NCBI GenBank assembly: GCA_017881905.1
Contig: JADGQI010000063.1
Location: 1 to 47,578 of the forward strand
Reading direction: 5' to 3'
Length of the DNA: 47,578 bases
DNA from: Chloroflexota bacterium
Lineage (GTDB): Bacteria > Chloroflexota > Limnocylindria > Limnocylindrales > CSP1-4
A model generated the notes under the pieces. The model had not been told where the DNA came from. It ran no database searches and saw nothing but the letters and a program-made list of their open reading frames with translations. Below are positions 38,867 through 47,578 of the stretch, in pieces. A program made the position numbers and the translations under genes. Within the stretch, counting starts at the first letter, position 1; every line of letters starts with the position of its first letter.

Positions 38867-40072
38867 ATGAGCTTGTCCTGGCTGACGGTCTGCGCCCAGG
38901 GTCAGACGACCGACTGCATCCCGACGATCCAGCTGGCGTACCTCGCCGGGATCGTGGTCGCGGTCATCCTCCTGGCCGTCGTCGCCGTCCGGTCGCGCGA
39001 CTTCTCGACCGCGACGCTGGCCCTGATCCCGGTCGCCATCGCGATCAATCTCGCGGTCGGCTCGCTGATCGTGACGCTCCGACTCCCGATCTACCTCGAC
39101 TCGATCGGGACGGTGCTCGTCGGAGCCCTGGCCGGTCCGTGGGCCGGCGCCCTGACCGGCATCCTCGCCAACCTCATCTGGTCGCTCCTGCCGGTGCCCG
39201 GAGGGGCCGGCCCCGTCGCGGCGTTCTTCGCCCCGGTGGCCGGCGTCATCGGGTTGATGGCCGGCTTCTGGGCGGCGCGCGGTGTGTTCAACCTCCGGAC
39301 CGACGACGCCCGGGTGGGCGGCTTCCTCGCCCTCGCGGCGGGGATCGTCGGCGCCGCGATCTCCTTCCTGGTGATCCAGGCCACCGTCGGGATCCCACAG
39401 CTCGGTGCCGACGCGACCGCGGACGACCAGAACCGATTCGTCCTCACGGGCATCGTGATCATCGTCATCGCGATCGCCGTCGCCTGGGTCAGCCGGCGGA
39501 CCGTCTTCTCGTTCCATGCCGACGACCCGCGGATCCGGACCTACCTGACCGGCGCGACCGCCCTGTTCGCCTTCGCGCTCGTGTTCGCCTTGGCGCGCCT
39601 GCTGTTCGGCCCGACGGGCTGGTTCTCGACGATCAACGGCTCGGACACGACGTTCCTCGGCGGACTCAACCTGAGCAGCCTGGCCCTGACCGATCCGCTC
39701 GGCCTGATCGTGGAGGCCGGGGTCGCCCTGCTCGTCGCCGCCGGCGCCGTGGCCTGGGCGCGGCGCGGCGACAACGCCCGCTTCTTCCCGGTCTGGATCG
39801 GCGGCCTGACGACCGGCCTGGTGGCCGCGGCGATCTCGGCACCGATCGCGGCAGGGGTCTTCGGCGGCGTGACCGGCGGCGGGACCGATGCGCTCATCGC
39901 GCTGTTCCGGACGCTCGGACTCGGCGTCTTCCAGTCGGCGTTCGCCCAGGGGCTGACCAGCGATCCGCTCGACAAGACGATCAGCTACACGGTCGTCTTC
40001 CTGATCCTCGGCGCGCTCCCGCTCACCGTCAGGTCGATGTTCAGCCGCGGTGAGGCGACCATCGCCGACTAG
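38867..40072 (+). CDS. ECF transporter S component with a large internal membrane insertion
   Basis: LIPVAIAIN..LPIYLDSIGTVLVGALAGPWAG and SAPIAAGVFGGVTGGG..DPLDK motifs; SD GAGGAGG spacing favours ATG 38867. Confidence 0.82.
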   Translation: MSLSWLTVCAQGQTTDCIPTIQLAYLAGIVVAVILLAVVAVRSRDFSTATLALIPVAIAINLAVGSLIVTLRLPIYLDSIGTVLVGALAGPWAGALTGILANLIWSLLPVPGGAGPVAAFFAPVAGVIGLMAGFWAARGVFNLRTDDARVGGFLALAAGIVGAAISFLVIQATVGIPQLGADATADDQNRFVLTGIVIIVIAIAVAWVSRRTVFSFHADDPRIRTYLTGATALFAFALVFALARLLFGPTGWFSTINGSDTTFLGGLNLSSLALTDPLGLIVEAGVALLVAAGAVAWARRGDNARFFPVWIGGLTTGLVAAAISAPIAAGVFGGVTGGGTDALIALFRTLGLGVFQSAFAQGLTSDPLDKTISYTVVFLILGALPLTVRSMFSRGEATIAD

Positions 40073-40107
40073 CGGCGACACCCCGGCGACCGTCAACACG
40101 AGGCACG

Positions 40108-40896
40108 ATGTCCACCGCGACGGGGTACTACCAGGCCGGCGACAGCTGGCTGCATCGGCGCAATCCGATGACCAAGCTGCTCGGCGTGGCCCTCGCCCTG
40201 ATCGCGACGTTCATCCTCCCGCCGCTCGTCCTGCCGGTCATCGCGCTGATCGTCGTCGCGATCGCCTGGTCGACCGGGCTCGGCCGGCAGATCATCCGGG
40301 CGCTCCGGATCCCGGCGCTGCTGCTGGCCTCGATCGTGGTCGTCAACGCGCTGTTCTTCCCCGGTGCGACGGACCGGCTGGTCAGCCTCGGCCCGTTGTC
40401 GATCACGCGTGAGGGACTGAGCTTCGGGCTGATCTCCGCGGGACGGGTCCTGGTCTCCTTCCTCGTGCTGGTGACGTTCCTGTTCACCACCCTCGCGGAC
40501 GACCTGCTCGAGTCCCTCGTCTCGCGCGGGGCGAGCCACCGGATCGCGTTCGTCGTCCTGTCGGCCGTCCAGATGGTGCCCCGGATGCAGGAGCGGGCCG
40601 GCTCCATCCTCGACGCCCAGCAGGCGCGCGGCCTGGTCGTCAGCGGGTCGGTCCGTCAGCGGGCCAGGGCGCTCGTCCCGCTGATCGGCCCGGTCCTGCT
40701 CGGCTCGCTCATCGACGTCCGCGAGCGGACGTTCGCGCTCGAGGCGCGGGGCTTCGGCGCCCGGCCCGGTCGGAGCGCGTATCGGATCGTCGCCGACCCG
40801 CCGGCCGATCGCTGGCTGCGGCTGGCGATCCTGCTCGGGATCGTGGCCGTGGTCGCGCTCGCCCTGTCGGGCGTGCTGACCGGTCGGGCGCACTGA
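40108..40896 (+). CDS. ECF transporter T component
   Basis: SWLHRRNPMTK and the two Ala-Arg-Gly motifs AQQARG and ALEARGF. Confidence 0.92.
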   Translation: MSTATGYYQAGDSWLHRRNPMTKLLGVALALIATFILPPLVLPVIALIVVAIAWSTGLGRQIIRALRIPALLLASIVVVNALFFPGATDRLVSLGPLSITREGLSFGLISAGRVLVSFLVLVTFLFTTLADDLLESLVSRGASHRIAFVVLSAVQMVPRMQERAGSILDAQQARGLVVSGSVRQRARALVPLIGPVLLGSLIDVRERTFALEARGFGARPGRSAYRIVADPPADRWLRLAILLGIVAVVALALSGVLTGRAH

Positions 40897-40900
40897 CCCG

Positions 40901-42625
40901 GTGACGGAGGACGGCCGAGCTTCCATCACGCTCGAGGGCGTCTCGGTCCGCTATCCCGGCCGCCGCGAGCCGGCACTGCACGACATCGATCTGACCGTCG
41001 CGCCGGGTGAGCGACTCGGGATCGCCGGCCGGACCGGGGCCGGGAAGTCCACGCTGTCGCTCGTGGCCGCCGGGTTCGTCCCGCGGGTCGTACGGGCCAG
41101 GCTGACCGGGACGGCGGCGTTCGGCGACATCCCGCTGACCGGGCCGACCGGCGGGGCGCTGCTGGGCAAGACGGGGATCGTCTTCTCGACGCCGGCCAAC
41201 CAGCTGTCGGCGTCGAAGCTCACGGTCCGGGAGGAGCTGGCGTTCGGCCTCGAGAACCTCGGCGTTCCCCGGGAGGAGATGGACGGGCGCATCGATGCGG
41301 TCCTGGCGCGCCTCGAGATCGGGCACCTCGCCGATCGGGAGCCGTTCGCCCTGTCGGGCGGCGAGCAACAGCGGGTCGCGATCGCCAGCATCGTCGCCAT
41401 GGGGACCTCCGTCCTGGTCCTCGACGAGCCGACCGCCCAGCTCGACCCGGTCGGGACGGCGACCGTCGGGCGCCTGTTGGCCGAGCTGGCCGCCGACGGC
41501 ACCACGATCCTGTGCGCCGAGCACGATCCCACCATCCTCGGCGGGGTCGACCGGTGCCTCGTGCTCGAGGCCGGGGCCGCCCTGGCTGTCGACCTTCCCG
41601 GACGCGCCCTGGGCGGAGCGACGCTCGACCCGATCGGCCTGCTGCCGCCGACGCTCGTCCGGCTCGCCGAGGCGGCCGGCGTGGACCCGGCGCAGGCGTT
41701 CGACGAGGCCGCGGTGGCCGCCGGACTGGCCCAGGCACGGCGGTCGCTCGGAACGCTCGATGCGTCGAGCTGGACCCCATCGGGCACGACCCCGGCCTGG
41801 CAGCCCCGCGAGGGCGGTCGCGGCGTCCGGATCGTCGTCGACCAGCTCACCCACCGCTACCCGACGGGCGTCGAGGCACTGCGTGGCGTGTCCCTCACGA
41901 TCGATGCGGGCGAGTCGGTCGCGATCGTCGGGCAGAACGGGTCGGGCAAGACCACGTTGGTCAAGCACCTGGACGGGCTGCTTCGTCCGACCGGCGGGCG
42001 GATCCTGCTCGACGGCGAGGACACCTCGGCCGTGCCGGTCCACACGCTCGCCGCCACGATCGGGTTCGTGTTCCAGAACCCCGACGACCAGCTGTTCGAT
42101 CGGAGCGTCGGGCGCGAGGTGTCCTTCGGGCCGCGCAACCTCGGCCGCTCGACCGAAGAGGTCGCTCGGGCCGTGACGGACGGGCTCGCCGCGGTGGGTC
42201 TCGAAGCCTCGCGAGCCACCAACCCGTATGACCTCGACCTGTCCCTCCGCAAGCTCGTCGCGCTCGCGAGCGTACTGGCGATGGACCCGGCGGCGCTCGT
42301 CCTCGACGAGCCGACGACGGGGCAGGACGGCCCGGGTGTCCGACGCGTGGGCGCGATCGTCGACGGCTGGGTCGCGGCGGGACGGACCGCGGTCGCGATC
42401 ACCCACGACATGGAGTTCGCGGCGGAGCACTTCCGGCGGATCGTGGTCATGCGTGGCGGCCTGGTCGTGGCGGACGGTACCCCGGCCGAGGTCTTCGCCC
42501 CGGACAACAGGGAGCTCCTGGCCAGCGCCGGCCTCGAACCGCCGCCGTCCGCGCGGATCGGGGCCCGGCTCGGGCTCGGGTCGACGCCCACCGTCGCGGC
42601 CCTCCTGGCGGCGCTCAGCTCGTGA
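40901..42625 (+). CDS. ECF transporter fused double ATPase
   Basis: GRTGAGKST, LSGGEQQR, LDEP; second cassette GQNGSGKTT, VFQNPDDQ, LDEPTTGQD, ITHD. Confidence 0.93.
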   Translation: MTEDGRASITLEGVSVRYPGRREPALHDIDLTVAPGERLGIAGRTGAGKSTLSLVAAGFVPRVVRARLTGTAAFGDIPLTGPTGGALLGKTGIVFSTPANQLSASKLTVREELAFGLENLGVPREEMDGRIDAVLARLEIGHLADREPFALSGGEQQRVAIASIVAMGTSVLVLDEPTAQLDPVGTATVGRLLAELAADGTTILCAEHDPTILGGVDRCLVLEAGAALAVDLPGRALGGATLDPIGLLPPTLVRLAEAAGVDPAQAFDEAAVAAGLAQARRSLGTLDASSWTPSGTTPAWQPREGGRGVRIVVDQLTHRYPTGVEALRGVSLTIDAGESVAIVGQNGSGKTTLVKHLDGLLRPTGGRILLDGEDTSAVPVHTLAATIGFVFQNPDDQLFDRSVGREVSFGPRNLGRSTEEVARAVTDGLAAVGLEASRATNPYDLDLSLRKLVALASVLAMDPAALVLDEPTTGQDGPGVRRVGAIVDGWVAAGRTAVAITHDMEFAAEHFRRIVVMRGGLVVADGTPAEVFAPDNRELLASAGLEPPPSARIGARLGLGSTPTVAALLAALSS

Positions 42626-43070
42626 GCGCCACCTCGAACACGTTCCCATCGACGATCCGCCACGCTCGGACCCCGGGCAGGCCCGTGACCGGATCGGTCT
42701 CGGTCTCGGCGAGCGACACGAGGACGTACAGCGCGTCCGGGTAGAACGCCAGTCCGATGTCCGTCGGCGACGGCCGGGCGGGCGACCGGACGTGCGAGTG
42801 GACGATCGCCCAGAACGCCTCATCGGCGTCGTCCGCCGCGAGCGTCAGCCGGAGCAAGTCCCCCGAGTCGATCTCGTAGCGCAACGGGGACGCGGCGCCG
42901 TTCCGGGTCGGCGCGAATCGAAGCGCTCGGCCGCCCTCGGCGGCCGCAGCGGTCCCGATCACGATGCCGCAGGCCTCGTTCGGGTACTCGGCGCGAGCAT
43001 GGGCGACGATCGCCGTGCGCACAGCCTCGGGCAGTGCGACCTCACGCGGCCCGGGATGATCGTCGGTCAC
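42615..43070 (-). CDS. mec: JAMM/M67 metallopeptidase (CysO-Cys peptidase-like)
   Basis: PNEACG and HSHVRSPARPSPTD JAMM motif; GTGA overlap with cysM. Confidence 0.9.
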   Translation of the reverse strand: MTDDHPGPREVALPEAVRTAIVAHARAEYPNEACGIVIGTAAAAEGGRALRFAPTRNGAASPLRYEIDSGDLLRLTLAADDADEAFWAIVHSHVRSPARPSPTDIGLAFYPDALYVLVSLAETETDPVTGLPGVRAWRIVDGNVFEVALTS

Positions 43071-44008
43071 CACCAGTTCACGCCACCTTCGAGATCGCCC
43101 TCCATCTCGTCGAGGTCGCGCGAGTACGCACCGGCCGACAGGTACTTCCACCCGCCGTCGGGCAGGAGGGCGACGATCGTGCCCCGCTCCATCGACGAGG
43201 CGACCCGGACAGCCGCGACGAGGACGGCGCCGCTCGACGGCCCGGCGAAGATCCCCTCGCGGACCACGAGCTCGCGCAGGGACGCGACGGCATCCCGGTT
43301 CGACACGAGGAACTTCCCGTCGAGCAGGCCCGGGTCGAAGATCTCCGGCACGAACCCCTCGTCGAGCGAGCGCAGGCCCTGGACCGCGTCACCCGGGAGC
43401 GGCTCGGCGGCGAAGATCCGCACCCCGGGCTTCGCCCGGCGGAAGAAGCGAGCGACGCCCATCAGCGTGCCGCCCGTCCCGAGCCCCGCCACGAAGGCGT
43501 CGACGTCGGGGCAGTCGGCCAGGATCTCCGGCCCCGTCGTTTCCTCGTGCACGCGGGGGTTCGCGTCGTTGCCGTACTGGTAGGGCATGACGTAGCGGGG
43601 ATCGCCCGCGGCGAGCTCCCTGGCCAGGGCGATCGCCCCGTTCGATCCCAGCGCTCCAGGTGAGTCGATCACCTCGGCTCCGAACAGGGCCGCCATCTGA
43701 CGCCGCTCGGTGGTGATGTTGTCGGGCATGACCAGCGTGACCCGGTAGCCCTTGCGGCGGCCGATCATCGCCAGTGCGATCCCGGTATTGCCCGAGGTGG
43801 GCTCGAGGATCACCGAGTCGGGCGCGAGCCGGCCGGACCGCTCCAGATCCTCGATCAGCGCCTTGGCGACACGGTCCTTGACCGAGCCGGTCGGGTTGGC
43901 CATCTCGAGCTTGGCGAACAGGCGGACCGCCGGGTTCGGTGACATCCGGGGGATCTCGACCAGGGGAGTGTGGCCGATGGCATCGACGATGCTGGGGAAG
44001 ACGCTCAC
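43067..44008 (-). CDS. cysM: PLP-dependent cysteine synthase, sulfur-carrier-dependent CysM type
   Basis: NPTGSVKDR, EPTSGNTG, QYGN, GLGTGGT, VQGLRSLDEGFVP and DGGWKYLS motifs; clustered with cysO and mec. Confidence 0.9.
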   Translation of the reverse strand: MSVFPSIVDAIGHTPLVEIPRMSPNPAVRLFAKLEMANPTGSVKDRVAKALIEDLERSGRLAPDSVILEPTSGNTGIALAMIGRRKGYRVTLVMPDNITTERRQMAALFGAEVIDSPGALGSNGAIALARELAAGDPRYVMPYQYGNDANPRVHEETTGPEILADCPDVDAFVAGLGTGGTLMGVARFFRRAKPGVRIFAAEPLPGDAVQGLRSLDEGFVPEIFDPGLLDGKFLVSNRDAVASLRELVVREGIFAGPSSGAVLVAAVRVASSMERGTIVALLPDGGWKYLSAGAYSRDLDEMEGDLEGGVNWW

Positions 44009-44280
44009 GCGCCCCCGGCCATCGCGGGCAGGATGACCAGCTCGTCACGCGGATCGACCGGCGTGGCGACGCCGTCGAGGTAACGGACGTCCTGGCCGTC
44101 GAGGTAGACGTTGACGAACCGGTTCAGCTCGCCGTCGGGCGTGAACAGCTGGTCGCGCAAGCCGGGATGCGCCTCGACCAGCCCGTCGAGGAGCTCGCCG
44201 ACGGTCGCGCCGGAGACGTCGACCTGCTTCGCCCCGCCGACGTTCGCCCGCAGGACGGGCGGGATCCGGACGGCGCTCAC
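44005..44280 (-). CDS. cysO: MoaD/ThiS-family sulfur carrier (CysO-like) ending GG-A
   Basis: VRIPPVLR, LNRFVNVY..DVRYLDG and ILPAMAGGA-stop; GTGA overlaps at both ends. Confidence 0.88.
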   Translation of the reverse strand: MSAVRIPPVLRANVGGAKQVDVSGATVGELLDGLVEAHPGLRDQLFTPDGELNRFVNVYLDGQDVRYLDGVATPVDPRDELVILPAMAGGA

Positions 44281-45494
44281 GAGGCCCCGCCGAGCACGCC
44301 CAGACCGGGGCCGCCCAGCGTGAACGTCCCATCGCCGACCCCGGCGACCGCCATCGGACGTCCAGCGGCGCGGGCCTCGACGGCCGCGTCCGAGCACGTC
44401 GGGCAGGCCGGATCGCGACGCAGCTTGAGCTCGTTGAACGACGCGTCAAGGGCGTCGAACAGGAGGAGCCGGCCGGCCAGCGTGTCGCCGATGCCCAGCA
44501 GGAGCTTGATCGCCTCGTTCGCCTGGAGGAGTCCCATGATCCCCGGCACGACGCCGAGGACCCCGGCGACCGAGCAGCCCGGGGCGAGCTCGGGCGGCGG
44601 CGGGGTCGGATAGAGGCAGCGGTAGCACGGACCGTCGAACGGCTTGAACACCGTCAGCTGGCCCTCGAACCGGAGGACGCTGGCGTGGACGACGGGGATC
44701 CCGGCCGCGACGGCCGCGTCGTTGAGCAGGTAGCGCGTCTCGAACGTATCGGTCCCGTCGACGATGACGTCGTACCCGGCGATCAGCCGATCGACGTTGT
44801 CGGCGACGAGCATCTCCTCGTGGGCGACGACCTTCACGTCCGGGTTGAGCCCCTGGATCGTGATGCGCGCCGACTCGACCTTCTTCTCGCCGATCCGGGC
44901 GTTGGTGTGGATGATCTGGCGCTGGAGGTTGGACAGGTCGACGACGTCGAAGTCGACGATCCCGATCGTGCCGACGCCCGCCGCCGCGAGGTAGAGCATG
45001 GCCGGCGAGCCGAGCCCCCCAGCCCCGATGAACAGCACCTTCGATTCGAGCAACCGCGTCTGACCCTGGATGCCGACCTCGGGGATGAGCAGGTGACGGC
45101 TGTAGCGCTGCTTCTGCTCGGCGGTCAGGACCGGCGGGATGGTCCAGTCGAGACCCTTGGTCTTCCAGCCCTGGAACCCGCTCTTCATCGAGGTCAGGTC
45201 CGTATACCCCATATCGCGCAGGGTCTGGGCGGCGAACAGCGATCGGACGCCACCCGCGCAGTACAGGACCACCGGACGGTCGCGATCCGGGACCGCGGCC
45301 TCGATGTCCTGCTCGAGATAGCTCTTGCTGATGTGGATCGCGCCGGGGATGTGGCCCTGCTCCCACTCGGAGGCTTCGCGGACGTCGACGAGGACCGCCT
45401 CGCCACGGCTGCGCAGGGCGTCGACCTCGAGCGCGTCCGCCTCGTGGACGGTCGAGCGGGCTTCGCGGAGGAGATCGGCGTAGGACTTCGGCAT
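44277..45494 (-). CDS. Rhodanese-MoeB/ThiF fusion (MoeZ-like sulfur-carrier activator)
   Basis: N-terminal rhodanese (DVRE..EW..GHIPGA, YCAGGVRS) followed by RYSRH, GAGGLGS, SNLQRQ, PCYRC and CPTC. Confidence 0.93.
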   Translation of the reverse strand: MPKSYADLLREARSTVHEADALEVDALRSRGEAVLVDVREASEWEQGHIPGAIHISKSYLEQDIEAAVPDRDRPVVLYCAGGVRSLFAAQTLRDMGYTDLTSMKSGFQGWKTKGLDWTIPPVLTAEQKQRYSRHLLIPEVGIQGQTRLLESKVLFIGAGGLGSPAMLYLAAAGVGTIGIVDFDVVDLSNLQRQIIHTNARIGEKKVESARITIQGLNPDVKVVAHEEMLVADNVDRLIAGYDVIVDGTDTFETRYLLNDAAVAAGIPVVHASVLRFEGQLTVFKPFDGPCYRCLYPTPPPPELAPGCSVAGVLGVVPGIMGLLQANEAIKLLLGIGDTLAGRLLLFDALDASFNELKLRRDPACPTCSDAAVEARAAGRPMAVAGVGDGTFTLGGPGLGVLGGAS

Positions 45495-45518
45495 GTGGTT
45501 CAGGACTCCGGATCGGGG

Positions 45519-45617
45519 CTGCCGACGGGCGGCAGAGGAGGAGGGACGGGAAGGTCGGAGAGGGTGCCGGTCAGGCCGGCCAGCGACACGCGCATCGGAC
45601 GCCGTTCGATCCCGGGG

Positions 45618-45621
<4 letters not shown>
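45519..45621 (-). promoter_or_regulatory. Candidate Cys-responsive leader-peptide attenuator
   Basis: sORF 45621-45571 (M)TPGSNGVRCACRWPA, then a pyrimidine-rich tract (45564-45534) and the hairpin ctgccg-n5-cggcag (45519-45535) before the moeZ-like SD. Confidence 0.45.
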
Positions 45622-46028
<407 letters not shown>

Positions 46029-46039
46029 GGCCGACAGCG

Positions 46040-46082
46040 AGTGTACCGCCTTGGCCCAATTCCGACCAGCCGGGTCGGATAT
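46040..46082 (-). promoter_or_regulatory. Internal promoter for sufU with a candidate Rrf2-family operator
   Basis: TACACT (46040-46045); 25-bp ATATCCGACCCGGCTGGTCGGAATT (46082-46058) with TCCGACC/GGTCGGA dyad covering the -35 position. Confidence 0.55.
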
Positions 46083-46116
46083 GAGCGGGTCCCCGGTGAC
46101 CGCGACCCGCCGCGGG

Positions 46117-47406
46117 TCAGCCTCGGAAGATGCGCTCCACCTCGACCAGGCCGGCCGCCAGGGCGTCGATGTCGGCGTTCGTCGAGAAGACGCTGAAGCT
46201 CGCCCGGGCCGTCGCGGCCAGGTCGAGCCGCTCATGGAGCGGCATCGTGCAGTGGTGACCGGCGCGCACGGCGATCCCGTAGCGGTCGAGGATCTGGGCG
46301 ACGTCGTGGGGATGGATGTCCGGCAGGTTGAACGGGATGACGCCGCCGCGGAGGTCGAGGTCCATCGGACCGTACACGGCGATATCCGGCACGGCGCGCG
46401 GCAACGCCTCGAGCGCGTACGCCACCAGTTCCCGTTCATGTGCACGGACGGCGTCCATCCCCAGGGCGGTGAGGTAGTCCGCGGCGACCCCCAGCCCGAT
46501 GGCATCGCCGACCGCCGGCGTGCCCGCCTCGAACTTCCACGGGATGTCGTTCCAGTCGCTCCGGCGGAGATGGACCTCGCGGATCATCTCGCCGCCGGCA
46601 AGGAACGGGGGCATGGCCTCGAGCAGCTCCCGCCGCGCCCAGAGCGCGCCGGAGCCCATCGGGGCGAGCATCTTGTGCCCGCTGAACGCGTAGAAGTCGA
46701 CCCCGAGCGCCTCGATGTCGACGGGCACATGCGGGACCGCCTGGGCGCCATCGACCAGGACGAGCGCCCCGGCGGCGTGGGCCATGTCGGCGATCTGGCG
46801 GACCGGGTTGATCGTGCCCAAGGTGTTCGACACGTGGGTGAACGCGACGAGCTTGGGCTTCAGGTGCAGGAGGACCTCGAAGACCTCCAGCCGCAGCAGG
46901 CCATCGTCCGAGATGGGCACGAACTCCAGGTCGCCGTCCTTCTCCTGGACAAGGAGCTGCCACGGCACGAGGTTGGCGTGGTGCTCCATCTCGGTCAGGA
47001 CGATGGCGTCGCCGCGGTCGATGTTGGCGCGGCCCCACGAGTAGGCGACGAGGTTGATCGCCTCCGTCGCGTTCCGGGTGAAGACGATCTCGTGGCTGTC
47101 GGGAGCGTTGATGAAGCGGGCCACCCGGGCGCGCGCCCCCTCGTACTCGGCCGTGGCCTTCTCGCCGATCGTGTAGATGCCGCGATGGACGTTCGCGTTG
47201 TACTCGCGGTAGTAGGCACTCACGGCGTCGATCACGACGTTCGGCTTCTGGCTGGTCGAGGCCGAGTCGAGGTAGACCAGCCGATGGCCGTTGACCTCCT
47301 GGTCGAGGATCGGGAAGTCAGCGCGGAGTGCCGCGGCATCGAGGGCGCCACGCGGCGCGGCCCCGCCGGTCGTGCCGGACGCCTTCGGCTGCTCGACGAT
47401 CGTCAT
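46117..47406 (-). CDS. sufS: Cysteine desulfurase (group II)
   Basis: YLDSASTSQKP, NANVHRG, MEHHAN, DGAQ, SGHKM, FEAGTP and RAGHHCTMPL motifs. Confidence 0.96.
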   Translation of the reverse strand: MTIVEQPKASGTTGGAAPRGALDAAALRADFPILDQEVNGHRLVYLDSASTSQKPNVVIDAVSAYYREYNANVHRGIYTIGEKATAEYEGARARVARFINAPDSHEIVFTRNATEAINLVAYSWGRANIDRGDAIVLTEMEHHANLVPWQLLVQEKDGDLEFVPISDDGLLRLEVFEVLLHLKPKLVAFTHVSNTLGTINPVRQIADMAHAAGALVLVDGAQAVPHVPVDIEALGVDFYAFSGHKMLAPMGSGALWARRELLEAMPPFLAGGEMIREVHLRRSDWNDIPWKFEAGTPAVGDAIGLGVAADYLTALGMDAVRAHERELVAYALEALPRAVPDIAVYGPMDLDLRGGVIPFNLPDIHPHDVAQILDRYGIAVRAGHHCTMPLHERLDLAATARASFSVFSTNADIDALAAGLVEVERIFRG

Positions 47407-47420
47407 CGCGGTCAGCCCGC

Positions 47421-47578
47421 CTAGCGGGCGGCCTCCACCGGCTCGAGATCGAGCTCCGGGCCCTTGGGCACGAGGAGCGCCTCGTCGGGCACGTCGGGCG
47501 ACAACCCCGCCTCGCGCAGGATCGGGCCGTAGCCCTCGTCCTCGAGACGCAGGGCGAGGTCCTTGCCGCCACTCTTGA
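47421..47578 (-). CDS. sufC: Fe-S assembly ATPase SufC, 3' end (runs off window edge)
   Basis: Manual translation KSGGKDLALRLEDEGYGPILRE...AAR-stop matches the SufC C-terminal motif; lies directly upstream of sufS. Confidence 0.82.
   Translation of the reverse strand, partial: KSGGKDLALRLEDEGYGPILREAGLSPDVPDEALLVPKGPELDLEPVEAAR

Noticed and set aside
42615-45494. E1/ubiquitin-like/JAMM genes as an antiphage conjugation system (CBASS/Bil-like)
   Set aside because: No E2 or CD-NTase; coupling to cysteine synthase and a rhodanese domain indicates sulfur transfer.

Overview
Very GC-rich bacterial chromosomal window with no rRNA, tRNA, CRISPR array or transposase that I can recognise. Gene content and frequent leaderless starts suggest Chloroflexota or Actinomycetota (inference). 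From left to right it holds: (1) partial fumC and a LolA-fold protein; (2) a GlnA4-type gamma-glutamylation amine-catabolism locus (APC permease, GS-like ligase, SDR, aldehyde dehydrogenase) interrupted by a cytoplasmic 5xGAF hybrid kinase/Hpt/REC-cyclase phosphorelay; (3) ppgK, coxG, a K+ channel, a NUDIX enzyme and a lipoprotein; (4) purE, icd, a frameshifted DUF1697 gene, a GrpB-PurK fusion, and a KamB/NpmA-type 16S rRNA methyltransferase with an in-frame stop; (5) a large purine/nucleoside catabolism region (guaD, xanthine dehydrogenase-family trio, uricase, uraH, uraD, malate synthase, hydantoinase, nucleoside hydrolase, ECF transporter) with an inserted HTH plus PD-(D/E)XK-like gene next to a palindromic repeat cluster; (6) sufC-sufS-sufU joined to a moeZ-cysO-cysM-mec sulfur-carrier cysteine pathway, with a candidate Rrf2 operator and a candidate Cys-containing leader-peptide attenuator. 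All calls come from reading motifs by eye; no database searches were run.
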